The notes below the pieces were generated by a model that ran no database searches, was not told where the DNA came from, and saw only the letters and a program-made list of their open reading frames with translations. Source: Candidatus Omnitrophota bacterium (GTDB lineage: Bacteria; Omnitrophota; Gorgyraeia; Zapsychrales; JANLHA01). From it: 64,000 nt of DNA. Position numbers and translations under genes: made by a program. Below, in pieces: positions 29,407-38,407 of the stretch (within the stretch, counting starts at the first letter, position 1; the number at the start of each line of letters is the position of its first letter). The stretch is from positions 4,601 to 68,600 of the forward strand of contig JAKQKX010000102.1 in assembly GCA_029560465.1 (NCBI GenBank), given 5' to 3'.

Positions 29407-30573
29407 CTACACTTTCGTGTACGGGTTAAACAGCTTTTTATGTTCTTCCAGCGCGAAATGGTCGGTCATGGACGCGATGTAATTGCAGATCGTCTGATAC
29501 TTCTCTTGGCGGGTATGTTTCCGGTCCCGGCCATAAATGTTATATGGCAGTTGCTGAGGGTCGCTGTCATAAACCCCGAACAGGTCATTAATAATGCGTT
29601 TCGCTTTATTGGTCATCCGCAGCACCCGGTAATGATTGTATAACTTGGTATTGATCAGCGTTTGAAGAGAATCCCTCTCCCGGCGCATCGAAGCGCTAAA
29701 CCCAACGATGCTCCCCTGATATGCCTTGACATCCCGCGACGATTGAAGCCCGAGTTTCCGCAGGCGCTGGTCCGTCGTATTCATCAAGTCTTTAATCTGC
29801 ATGTCGATGAGCTGTTTGACAACCTGGCATTTCAAGAGTTCGCGGCTCATGGCTCCGGAGGGCGCCTGAATGTCCCGTCGGGCTTTCTGCCATAACTGGT
29901 TCGACACAAGGTCTTCTTCCTGGATGCAACCCGATGTCAGCCCGTCATCAACGTCATGATTTAAGTACGCCAAAGAATCCGCGACATCCACCACTTCCGC
30001 TTCCAGCGTCGTCCCCTCCTCGATCTCCTGCCCGGCGGTCGCCGGGACATCGTAAAGGCTGCGGTGCTTCAGGATGCCGACCAGCACTTCCCGGGAAAGG
30101 TTTAACCCGTCAAAATCCGGATAACGTTTTTCATGGTGGTGGACGATCTCAAAACTATGCTGGTTGTGATTAAATCCCCCAAGCCGGGCGTCTTTCATGA
30201 TTTTATTGAGGGCTTCCTCGCCGGCATGCCCGAAAGGAGGGTGGCCCAAATCATGCGCCAGGGCAATCGCCTCGATCAGATCTTCGTTCAGCCGCAGGCA
30301 CCGCCCGATCGTCCGGCCGATCTGCGCGACTTCCAGCGAATGCGTCAGGCGGGTGCGGTAGGAATCCCCTTCCGTAACGATAAAAACCTGTGTCTTATAT
30401 TCCAGCTTCCGAAAAGCCGCGCAATGGACAACCCTGTCACGGTCCCGCTGATAACAGGTGCGGTAGTCATGCGCGGGTTCGGGATAAATCCTCCCCGAGG
30501 ACTCCCGGCTTTTCATCGCGTATGGAGCCAAATTTTGTGATTCTAATTCTTCTATATCCAGCCGGTTTCGCAT
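29407..30573 (-). CDS. dgt: dNTP triphosphohydrolase (dGTPase family)
   Basis: QRDRDR, FRKLEYKTQVF, RTRLTHSLEV, HDLGHPPFGHAGE and AYLNHDVDD. Confidence 0.93.
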   Translation of the reverse strand: MRNRLDIEELESQNLAPYAMKSRESSGRIYPEPAHDYRTCYQRDRDRVVHCAAFRKLEYKTQVFIVTEGDSYRTRLTHSLEVAQIGRTIGRCLRLNEDLIEAIALAHDLGHPPFGHAGEEALNKIMKDARLGGFNHNQHSFEIVHHHEKRYPDFDGLNLSREVLVGILKHRSLYDVPATAGQEIEEGTTLEAEVVDVADSLAYLNHDVDDGLTSGCIQEEDLVSNQLWQKARRDIQAPSGAMSRELLKCQVVKQLIDMQIKDLMNTTDQRLRKLGLQSSRDVKAYQGSIVGFSASMRRERDSLQTLINTKLYNHYRVLRMTNKAKRIINDLFGVYDSDPQQLPYNIYGRDRKHTRQEKYQTICNYIASMTDHFALEEHKKLFNPYTKV

Positions 30574-30601
30574 GCTTCTCCCCTGCACAAACACAAAACC
30601 C

Positions 30602-31093
30602 TCACGCGCCGCCGCGCTGGGCCTTTTTAAGCTGTTGGAACAACGCTTGCATTGATTGAGAAATCACCCGGGTGCCGTTGACAACCGGCATAAAATTTAC
30701 ATCCCCTTTCCAGCGCGGGACCACATGCATGTGCACGTGTCCGGGGATTCCGGCGCCCGCCACCCTGCCCAAGTTCATCCCGATGTTAAAACCGTCGGGT
30801 TTCAGGACGGCCTTCAAGAGCCGTTTGGTGGCGGACATCAAGTCAAAAAAATCCAGCCGCTCTTCAGGCCGGAGCCGGTCCAAGTCGCCCACATGCCGGA
30901 CTGGCACAATAAGGCTGTGCCCATTATTATAAGGGTACAGGTTCAGGACGGCGAAGCTGTGTGCCGAACGCGCGAAGATGAGGTTCCGCCGGTCCTCCCT
31001 CGCTTTGAGAATGGCGCAAAATGCACAGTCGCTTTTCTTTTGTATCACCGCCGTGACATATGCTTCACGCCACGGAGCCCATAACCGGTCCAT
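30602..31093 (-). CDS. HIT-family hydrolase (Ap4A hydrolase/phosphorylase-like)
   Basis: LWAPWR, C.FC, LNLYPYNNGH and GAGIPGHVHMHVVPRW. Confidence 0.93.
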   Translation of the reverse strand: MDRLWAPWREAYVTAVIQKKSDCAFCAILKAREDRRNLIFARSAHSFAVLNLYPYNNGHSLIVPVRHVGDLDRLRPEERLDFFDLMSATKRLLKAVLKPDGFNIGMNLGRVAGAGIPGHVHMHVVPRWKGDVNFMPVVNGTRVISQSMQALFQQLKKAQRGGA

Positions 31094-31096
31094 AGA

Positions 31097-31576
31097 TTAT
31101 TTCACCTTGATGATCTGGCCTTTAACACCCTTGTCCGAAACCGTCAATATCCCGTATGAACAGCATGAAGCGCAAATCCGGTCGTTGGGCGTCCCTGGGT
31201 TAAAATACAGGACTCCGTCCCGGATTTCATTAAACGGTTCGTGAGAATGGCCGAAAATGATAACATCGACTTTAATTTTCTTGAAGCGCCCCTGGACTTT
31301 TTCCAACAGGAGCTTGGGCGCGCCTTCCCCATGATAAACACCGATCACCTTGTCCCCGCAAGGGACCGTCAGGTCCGCCGGCAGCGCCTTACGGACGTCT
31401 TCCCCGTCCATATTCCCGTAAACAGCCTTGACCTCCTGAACAGACGACAACGTCCGCAGGATTTCAAGCGAGCCAACATCCCCGGCATGAACAATCAGGT
31501 CAACCGTTTTAAAATCCCGCAACATCTGTGGCGGCAACGGCCGGCCGTGCGTGTCAGAAACAACCCCTATCTTCAT
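31097..31576 (-). CDS. YfcE/Vps29-like metallophosphoesterase
   Basis: SDTH, HAGD, GNMD, HG, GHSH and NPG. Confidence 0.93.
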   Translation of the reverse strand: MKIGVVSDTHGRPLPPQMLRDFKTVDLIVHAGDVGSLEILRTLSSVQEVKAVYGNMDGEDVRKALPADLTVPCGDKVIGVYHGEGAPKLLLEKVQGRFKKIKVDVIIFGHSHEPFNEIRDGVLYFNPGTPNDRICASCCSYGILTVSDKGVKGQIIKVK

Positions 31577-33219
31577 GGTGTCCCCACGGGAACAATGAAA
31601 GGTTTATTGTAAAAATTCAACAACGTGTTCAGTTCATGCTCATTCCATATCCACATGCTTTCCTGCAAGGCCTTCACCCTGGTGTTTTCATCCAAAGAAC
31701 AAAGAGAAATCAATATCCTCTTCTGCGGTTTCTGAATGATCTTCTTGGCTTCCTTTAACATTGACGAAATATCCTGCTCCGTTAACGGATCCCGGTTCAG
31801 CACAATAAACCACTCCCCATCCTGCGTTTGGGCTTTGATAACGTCATAAAAAGATCCGGACCCTTTCCGCGCCTTTGTCGTGCTGATGGCCTGGAAAAGG
31901 GGCAATTTATAACGGCGGTTATTAATCTGAACGGCGTCATCTTCAAAACAATATAGCAGCTCAACAATTCGGGTCGGCAAGTCTTTCTGGGAACAGTGAT
32001 TGACTTCCCGGATAACCCGGTCCAGCTCTTCTTTGAACGCCTGCCGCTGATGGTCCTGGGAAGCGTCAAAAGTCCGCAGTTTTTTCTGCAGGACAAATTT
32101 CAGCCAGGCCCCGAAAAACTTATCCTTGATATAATAACTCGCGCCGTTCTTCATCACAAACCCCTGTTCGACCAAGCGGTTCAGCTTGGGAGAAACAAGC
32201 CCCTGACGGACAGACAAGCTGGTTGCCAACTCCTTGATGCGCTGCTTCTCCTCTGCCAGGGATATCAGGAGGGCGGCGCATATCCGGTTGCCCTTCCCTT
32301 CGCACAGCGCGTTGACAGTGGCTTCGAAATGCTGGCTGAGCACCCCCCACGGGTCAAACAGGACATTCTCGATCGCCTGAATCATAAGGGGATTAAATAT
32401 TTCCGGCTGCCCGTACAGCCGAGACAGGGTTATCAACTCTTTTGAAATAATAGTCAAATACAACGGGTGTCCACCCGTGAAATCCACGAAAAAGCTTTTC
32501 AGGTCCTCGCTGAGCTTGATCTCTTTGAGCAGGAACGCGATAAATTCCCGGCTGGCCTTCATGGGGAACGGCTCAATGGGGACGACTTCAAAATTCCCGA
32601 ACAAAAGGGACAAACGTTCAGAGATAATCTTGTTGGCGAGCACAGGGCAAGAACTGGTGACGACATACAAACACTTCTTCTGCGTCATAATACACTTCCC
32701 CAATTCGGCATAAACCCCCTCCACGCCTAATTCTTCCAGGTCATGGAACTCGTCAAAGATAATGAGGCAAAAGAACTTGGATTCCTGAGTGAAAACTTGA
32801 GGCAGGGAAATGATTTCACTGTAAGCTTCCTGCGGACGCTGATGCGCGAGGAAGCTCTGGATCTTCTTGATACTTTTGGTTGTTAAGGGAAGGTCGGCCC
32901 GGACGCTTTCCAATAAAAGATTAATATCATTATGCAGGGGCTTTTGAGTTAGCCGGGAATAGTGATACAGCAAGCCGCCGACAAACTTGAAATAGAAGTG
33001 TTCAAAATCCTTATATTCCAGATCCAGATACAATGGAATGATCAACGGGTCATCGAGATCCGCGACAAATTTCTCCAAGATGGAACTTTTCCCGAGGTGC
33101 CTCCCACCGAGAAACGCAATGTTCTGGCGGTACCCCTCTTTGAGATCCAGGACCCGCCTTTTCAGCAAATCCAGCGTGTCCCGGCGGTCAAAGAAAGCAT
33201 CCATATCAATACGGCTCAT
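31573..33219 (-). CDS. Archaeal-ATPase-like P-loop NTPase with a winged helix and a degenerate C-terminal nuclease-like domain
   Basis: FFDR N-terminus, Walker A GGRHLGKS, Walker B IIFDEF, TGGHP.YL, and wHTH (LNRLVEQG..Y.IKD.FF..WL). Confidence 0.8.
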   Translation of the reverse strand: MSRIDMDAFFDRRDTLDLLKRRVLDLKEGYRQNIAFLGGRHLGKSSILEKFVADLDDPLIIPLYLDLEYKDFEHFYFKFVGGLLYHYSRLTQKPLHNDINLLLESVRADLPLTTKSIKKIQSFLAHQRPQEAYSEIISLPQVFTQESKFFCLIIFDEFHDLEELGVEGVYAELGKCIMTQKKCLYVVTSSCPVLANKIISERLSLLFGNFEVVPIEPFPMKASREFIAFLLKEIKLSEDLKSFFVDFTGGHPLYLTIISKELITLSRLYGQPEIFNPLMIQAIENVLFDPWGVLSQHFEATVNALCEGKGNRICAALLISLAEEKQRIKELATSLSVRQGLVSPKLNRLVEQGFVMKNGASYYIKDKFFGAWLKFVLQKKLRTFDASQDHQRQAFKEELDRVIREVNHCSQKDLPTRIVELLYCFEDDAVQINNRRYKLPLFQAISTTKARKGSGSFYDVIKAQTQDGEWFIVLNRDPLTEQDISSMLKEAKKIIQKPQKRILISLCSLDENTRVKALQESMWIWNEHELNTLLNFYNKPFIVPVGTP

Positions 33220-33234
33220 GACGGCACCTCATCC

Positions 33235-33912
33235 TTAGCGGGGCAAATAATACAGCGGATTACTCGCCTGTTCGCCTTTTCTGATTTCAAAATAAACCAG
33301 GCCACCCATGCCCCGGGCCCCGGCCAAGGCAAGCCGGTCCCCTTTGGAGACATGATCCCCCACATGAACAAGCACCTTGGCATTCAGGGAATAGACGGAA
33401 TGAAATCCGTCCAGATGATCCAGGATAACCGTGTACGCATAACCTTGCAGATAATCCGCGAAAACAACTTTGCCGGCCCGCGAGGCCGCAACACTTTCCC
33501 CCGGAGAGACCTGGATCCCAATGCCTTTATGGCTGATGCCCTGCCCCGCCTGGTTGAAATACCGTACAACTTTCCCTTGAACCGGCCACGCGAATTCATT
33601 CTTGTTCGGGTCGCTGCTTTTAGCGGCGACACTTTGGGTTTCCTTGGCGCCAGGGATAAACAACAGCTGCCCCTCTTCCAACCGGGCTGCGTCCGGGATC
33701 CGGTTAATCTGGATCACGTCATCAATCCTGACATTATACGCCTGGGAAATACTCCACAGTGTCTGGCCGTGCTGAACCGTATGATAGACCCCCGGTTGCC
33801 GGATGGACGAGTTGGGGCGGCTGTCCGGCTGCTCTATGGTGGCGCAACCAGACAACCCCACCAACAGAACCCCTGTTCCCAGGAACCGCATCAACCCACG
33901 GCGCGCGCCCAA
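33235..33912 (-). CDS. LysM + M23 lipoprotein (NlpD-like)
   Basis: Lipobox LSGC, LysM (YHTVQHGQTLWSI), WPVQG, HKGIGI and YFEIR; the zinc ligands look degenerate, as in NlpD. Confidence 0.9.
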   Translation of the reverse strand: MGARRGLMRFLGTGVLLVGLSGCATIEQPDSRPNSSIRQPGVYHTVQHGQTLWSISQAYNVRIDDVIQINRIPDAARLEEGQLLFIPGAKETQSVAAKSSDPNKNEFAWPVQGKVVRYFNQAGQGISHKGIGIQVSPGESVAASRAGKVVFADYLQGYAYTVILDHLDGFHSVYSLNAKVLVHVGDHVSKGDRLALAGARGMGGLVYFEIRKGEQASNPLYYLPR

Positions 33913-33980
33913 TTGACTTTGGAAAGAAAAAATACGCGAGCTCCTTTTTCAAACCTCTTAAAACAATCTCCAGAAAAAAA

Positions 33981-34054
33981 TGGAGCGAGGGACGGGAATC
34001 GAACCCGCGTATTCAGCTTGGGAAGCTGATATTCTACCATTGAATCACCCTCGC
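33981..34054 (-). tRNA. tRNA-Gly (anticodon CCC)
   Basis: GCGAGGG acceptor stem pairing with CCCTCGC, anticodon arm TCAGC-TTCCCAA-GCTGA, T-loop GGTTCGATTCC and encoded CCA. Confidence 0.97.
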
Positions 34055-34111
34055 GCTCACAATCTAATTCTTATTGACAACAGAAAACCTGCGGCATTAT
34101 ATCCAAATGTT

Positions 34112-34765
34112 TTACTGGACTCTTATTCTAACAGAGTTTAATCTTTCCAGAAAGAATTTTGTCGTCCGCTCAACCCGGCCGCTTAAGCACACAGCCCTGG
34201 TGACAGCCACACGATTCACGCCGAGATCTGTCAACCGCGACAAATTCTGAAGCGTTATCCCCCCGATAGCGTATACCGGGATATTGGATGCCTTGATCAC
34301 CCGCGTCAGCAAACCCAAATCCATGGGAGGACGGTCGGGCTTAGTGAACGTTTTAAAAACCGATCCAAACCCGATATAATCCGCGCCGCCGGCTTCGGCT
34401 TGACGGGCCTGAGCCAATGTCTGACAGGAAACCCCGATCAAAACTTTGCGCCCCAGAATTTTCCGTGCCACCGGAAGCGGGAGATCGTCCTGGCCCAAAT
34501 GAACCCCGGGAGCACCGGTCGCCAACGCCCAGTCAACCCGGTCATTCACAATAAACGGGATGTTCTGGTCCAGAAACCTCAACGCCTTCTGGATAAACCG
34601 CAGGGAATCGCGGCTTCTCCCGAATTTATCCCGTAATTGTACTATAACCTCCCCGGCCCGTACAGATTCTTTTAAAATTTTAAACAGCGCCGGGTACCCC
34701 TGAACCTGCGTGTCAAGAATAATGTAAAACCTGGCCCGCGATAACTGCTTTCGAATCCTGTCCAT
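34112..34765 (-). CDS. thiE: Thiamine-phosphate synthase
   Basis: VQLRDK, VNDRVD, GVHLGQDD, DYIGFG..F.T.TK and AIGGI. Confidence 0.93.
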   Translation of the reverse strand: MDRIRKQLSRARFYIILDTQVQGYPALFKILKESVRAGEVIVQLRDKFGRSRDSLRFIQKALRFLDQNIPFIVNDRVDWALATGAPGVHLGQDDLPLPVARKILGRKVLIGVSCQTLAQARQAEAGGADYIGFGSVFKTFTKPDRPPMDLGLLTRVIKASNIPVYAIGGITLQNLSRLTDLGVNRVAVTRAVCLSGRVERTTKFFLERLNSVRIRVQ

Positions 34766-34792
34766 AACGTGTGTTCCCGGGGGCCCCGTCTT

Positions 34793-35221
34793 TCACGGGC
34801 GCCCGCGCGACGGGAGGAGCCCTTTTTGTTCCAGGATGTAAACCCGGTAGCGGAGGCGTTTCAAGGCCTCGGCTTGCCGGGGATCAAACAGTTTGGCGAA
34901 TTCTTCCAAAACCCGGATAGATTCTTTGACCCTTTGGGAATTCGCGTAAAAAATATCCGTCACATCGCTCCGCGTCAGCTCCGCCGGGACCGAAAAACGG
35001 CCCTCATCATGCCGGACCTCACGGGTCGCCACGCCTTCGCGCCTCCAAGCCACAGACACCGCCTCGGTCAACGCGTGCCGGAGATCTTTGAATTGTTTTG
35101 TCAGAGAACGGCTGTCCCACACAAACCGGCAAACATCTTCACACACCCTTAACCCTTCTTTCGCCCTGTTAAAATTCGCGTCGATAACACGATAAATATT
35201 TTTATCTAACTTTTTCCGCAC
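34793..35221 (-). CDS. Stand-alone ThiD2-like domain (N-terminal domain of long ThiE proteins)
   Basis: RVIDANFNRAKEGLRVCED, LRH and ANSQRVKESIRVLEEFAK...RY.VY.LE. Confidence 0.85.
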   Translation of the reverse strand: MRKKLDKNIYRVIDANFNRAKEGLRVCEDVCRFVWDSRSLTKQFKDLRHALTEAVSVAWRREGVATREVRHDEGRFSVPAELTRSDVTDIFYANSQRVKESIRVLEEFAKLFDPRQAEALKRLRYRVYILEQKGLLPSRGRP

Positions 35222-35691
35222 GTTTTTCGTATCGTTTCAATAATGTGTGTGGTCGAAAGGCCTTTAACGTATGTCACGAGTTCAACGCAGCCGCCGTTGG
35301 CGTTCACGATGTCTTCTCCAACGACTGTTTTCCCTTTCCAGTCCGCGCCTTTAATCAAAATATCGGGTTTAACGGCCTGAATAAGCCGGTAAGGGGTATC
35401 TTCATGAAAAACCGTGATCCAGTCGACGCATTCCAGGGCCGCCAGCACTTCCGCCCGGTCCCGCTGTTTATTAACCGGCCTTTGAGGTCCTTTGATGCGC
35501 CGGACCGACCGGTCGCTGTTCAACCCGACGATAAGGCAACGCCCGCCTTTCTTGGCTTTCGTGAGATACCGCACATGCCCGGCGTGCAGGATATCAAAAC
35601 ATCCGTTCGTAAAAGCGATCTTCTTCCCGGCGTGCCGGGCCCGGCTCACATGCCGCAGAAGCGTTGACACGGGAACAACTTTGGAAAGCAC
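35206..35691 (-). CDS. rfaE2: D-glycero-beta-D-manno-heptose 1-phosphate adenylyltransferase (HldE domain II)
   Basis: FTNGCFDILHAGH, GLNSD.SV..IKG..RP, KGADW and STT. Confidence 0.93.
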   Translation of the reverse strand: MLSKVVPVSTLLRHVSRARHAGKKIAFTNGCFDILHAGHVRYLTKAKKGGRCLIVGLNSDRSVRRIKGPQRPVNKQRDRAEVLAALECVDWITVFHEDTPYRLIQAVKPDILIKGADWKGKTVVGEDIVNANGGCVELVTYVKGLSTTHIIETIRKTCGKS

Positions 35692-35703
35692 CCTTTCCCC
35701 CTA

Positions 35704-36285
35704 TTATGATGCGAGAATATTTTCCACGCACGCGCACACGCAGTGCACGATGCACACATGAGATTCCTGGATTCTGGCGGTGCTGGAGGACGGGACAACG
35801 ATCTTAACATCAGCCAGGGGCGCCAGCCGTCCCCCGTCCCGGCCGGTCAAAGCAATGACGGTGATCCCCATCGCCCGGGCCTGCTGTACCGCTTTAATGA
35901 CGTTAGCCGCCATCCCGCTCGTGGAGATCGCAAGGGCGACGTCTCCCTTGCGCCCGAGGCCTTCCATCTGCCGGGAAAAAACATGCTCAAACCCGTAATC
36001 ATTGCCCAAAGCCGTTAAAGCCGACGAATCTGTCGTCAGGGCTATCGCCGGAAAGGATGCCCGCTCTTTCTGAAACCGGCCGATAAATTCCGCCGCGATA
36101 TGCTGGCTGTCCGCCGCCGAACCGCCATTGCCAAATACCAGCAGCTTTTTGTTCCGGCGCAGGGCCCGGACAATCACATCGACAGCCCGCTGAATCTCCC
36201 GGCTGTTCTGAAGGAGGGTCTCCTTCTTTACCGCGATGGATTCCTCAAAAATCTGCGTAATCTCGTTCAAAACCTGTTGTCTCAT
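35704..36285 (-). CDS. gmhA: D-sedoheptulose 7-phosphate isomerase
   Basis: GNGGSAADSQH, GNDYG, ISTSG and ARIQESH. Confidence 0.96.
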   Translation of the reverse strand: MRQQVLNEITQIFEESIAVKKETLLQNSREIQRAVDVIVRALRRNKKLLVFGNGGSAADSQHIAAEFIGRFQKERASFPAIALTTDSSALTALGNDYGFEHVFSRQMEGLGRKGDVALAISTSGMAANVIKAVQQARAMGITVIALTGRDGGRLAPLADVKIVVPSSSTARIQESHVCIVHCVCACVENILAS

Positions 36286-36291
36286 CCGTCC

Positions 36292-37320
36292 CTATCCTAC
36301 GCAAAACACTTTTGACATCTTATACAATTCCATGTCGATTGATTTGTGTTTCTGGACCGCTTTCTCGATATCGACCGAATGCAGTTTATTATGCCTCAGG
36401 CTGACCATCTGGCCAAAACGGTTGTTTTTAACAAGCTCGACGGCCTTGATCCCGAACTGGGTCCCGATCAACCGGTCATAGGCCGTCGGAGAGCCGCCTC
36501 TCTGAATATGGCCGAGGATGCTGACACGGGTATCGTATCCTGTTTTTTCCTCGATAATTCTTGCAACCGTTTCAGCGATCCGTCCAAAACGACGGGAAGC
36601 ATCGTCCCCCCCCAATTTCTTCGTATCCGACAACTGTTTAATACGGGCTCCTTCTGAAACGACCACTAAGCTGAACGTTTTACCCCGCTTATGCCGGAGC
36701 TCCAGATCCTTACATACGACATCCATATCTACCTCAATCTCCGGGACCAGAATAAGGTCCGCGCCCCCGGCAATCCCCGCTTCCAAAGCGATCCATCCGG
36801 TATACCGGCCCATCACTTCGATAACAATAATGCGGTGATGGCTTTCCGCCGTAGTGTGCAAACGGTCGATACACTCCGTCGCCACGTTAACCGCGGTGTT
36901 AAAACCAAACGCATATTCGGTCCCCGACAAAGCGTTATCAATCGACTTCGGCACCCCCACCACCTGGATCAACCCCGCCTTATAAAGATCCAGGGCGACT
37001 TTAAGCGTCCGTTCCCCTCCAACGGCGATAAGGGCGTCCATCCCGCTGCGCTTATAATTTTCGCCGATCTGCTGCACATGCTGGGGGTTGTCAAACGGGT
37101 TCACCCGGCTCGTTCCCAGGATCGTCCCCCCGGTGGATAGGATCCCCGATGTCATTCGGACATCCAGCACCCGCATGTCATAATCAATCAGCCCCAGCCA
37201 GCCGTTTTTGATTCCGGTGACCAAATATCCTTCCTGAATTGCGCTACGGACGACGGCTCGGATCACCGAGTTAAGCCCGGGGCAGTCTGCCCCGCCGGTT
37301 AAAATACCCAGCTTTTTCAT
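36292..37320 (-). CDS. pfkA: 6-phosphofructokinase-family protein with atypical active-site residues
   Basis: DCPGLN, GGTILGTSR, TTAESH, EVMGR and LGHIQRGG; GGERT and PKSIDNA deviate from the consensus. Confidence 0.88.
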   Translation of the reverse strand: MKKLGILTGGADCPGLNSVIRAVVRSAIQEGYLVTGIKNGWLGLIDYDMRVLDVRMTSGILSTGGTILGTSRVNPFDNPQHVQQIGENYKRSGMDALIAVGGERTLKVALDLYKAGLIQVVGVPKSIDNALSGTEYAFGFNTAVNVATECIDRLHTTAESHHRIIVIEVMGRYTGWIALEAGIAGGADLILVPEIEVDMDVVCKDLELRHKRGKTFSLVVVSEGARIKQLSDTKKLGGDDASRRFGRIAETVARIIEEKTGYDTRVSILGHIQRGGSPTAYDRLIGTQFGIKAVELVKNNRFGQMVSLRHNKLHSVDIEKAVQKHKSIDMELYKMSKVFCVG

Positions 37321-37358
37321 GGTTGAATCCTTAGGTTAAGCTCGAAACAAATCTATAA

Positions 37359-37988
37359 TTAAACACGATACCCCTGCTGATAAGGGACATTCAACCGCCC
37401 CTCCGGCTCCTCTTCGTTCTCTTTCGGGCGTTTCAGTTTCCTCTGCCCGGGGATAATTTTTGAAATATGGATACGCACTGTCGGCGTCTCTTCAATCCCG
37501 ATGGTGTCCTGGACTTTCCGCTTGACCAGGTCCTGCAAATGCGCGGTCATCTCCGGGATATTAACGTCGGTGTTAAGAACCAGCCTCGCGTCAATCTCCA
37601 AGCCCTTCTTTCCCACCCGGATACTGGAGCGGACTTCCCGCACCTCCCCGACTCCGGCGATCACCCGCCGGGTCAGATCTTCCAAAGCATCGAGGGAGAC
37701 ACTCACGCGCCCGGTCGGGTTGTCAAAAGCAATGGTTTTCTCCCGCTGCTTCTCATCCGACATCGTCCTGACAAAAATATAATTCAACCAAAGCATCACC
37801 AGCCCGAACCCGGCCACAGCCACCCGTTTGTCCATATCCAAATGAATGGCTTCCAAATAGGCAAAAACATCTTTCAGGGGCAACAGGGCATATCCTTTAT
37901 AGTGAGTCACAAACAGCACCAGCAGGACCCCGACAAACATGGTCAGCACCCCATAAAACAACATACCTAAACGGGCCATTATTTTCAT
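37359..37988 (-). CDS. AmaP-like membrane anchor
   Basis: Two TM helices followed by an Asp23-like domain (G.V.VS..ALE); ATGA overlap with the asp23-like gene. Confidence 0.8.
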   Translation of the reverse strand: MKIMARLGMLFYGVLTMFVGVLLVLFVTHYKGYALLPLKDVFAYLEAIHLDMDKRVAVAGFGLVMLWLNYIFVRTMSDEKQREKTIAFDNPTGRVSVSLDALEDLTRRVIAGVGEVREVRSSIRVGKKGLEIDARLVLNTDVNIPEMTAHLQDLVKRKVQDTIGIEETPTVRIHISKIIPGQRKLKRPKENEEEPEGRLNVPYQQGYRV

Positions 37989-38341
37989 GATTCCCCCCTC
38001 TCGATACCTTGAATGTTGACATTAATATCTTTAAGATCGATGTCAACGGTTTTGTCAATAGCGGCGCGCACCGCTTCTTGAATCTGACGGGCGGCGTCAT
38101 GGATGTTCAGCCCGAAGCGCACCTTGACTTTCACCTCGATCGTGACCTGGCTGTTTTTCTCTATCGTCACGGCAATCCCGGGGATTTTCTTCACCCCGAC
38201 CAAATCCACGAGATGGCTTCCAAAATCCTTCGTCAACAGCGTCACGCCCGGGACGGTCAAAACCGCGGACTGGATAATATCCGCGAGAACCTGTTTATGA
38301 ATTTTAATTGAACCCAGATCCACTTTATTGAGGTCTTTCAC
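37985..38341 (-). CDS. Asp23/Gls24 family protein
   Basis: LGSIKI...V.A.I, VPGV, FG.NI....IQ..V and INVNIQG; follows accC. Confidence 0.9.
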   Translation of the reverse strand: MKDLNKVDLGSIKIHKQVLADIIQSAVLTVPGVTLLTKDFGSHLVDLVGVKKIPGIAVTIEKNSQVTIEVKVKVRFGLNIHDAARQIQEAVRAAIDKTVDIDLKDINVNIQGIERGES

Positions 38342-38407
38342 GGGGCCTCCTTGAATTTAACAGAATAAACACACCGGCCCAACAGGCCGATTTAGGAAAT
38401 AGGCGTG

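Noticed and set aside
29407-30573. dGTPase as a stand-alone anti-phage system
   Set aside because: Its size and motifs fit the widespread housekeeping dGTPase-like family and there are no defence-island markers; it is kept only as part of the cassette finding.
32962-34029. 355-aa plus-strand ORF, and similar long antisense ORFs such as 45727-46677, 49420-50283, 38831-39586 and 42314-43060
   Set aside because: They are antisense shadows of well-supported minus-strand genes (this one also crosses the tRNA) and have no recognisable motifs.
33912-34110. tRNA-Gly as an integration site for an island or prophage
   Set aside because: No integrase, no duplicated tRNA 3' end noticed, and the flanking genes are housekeeping.
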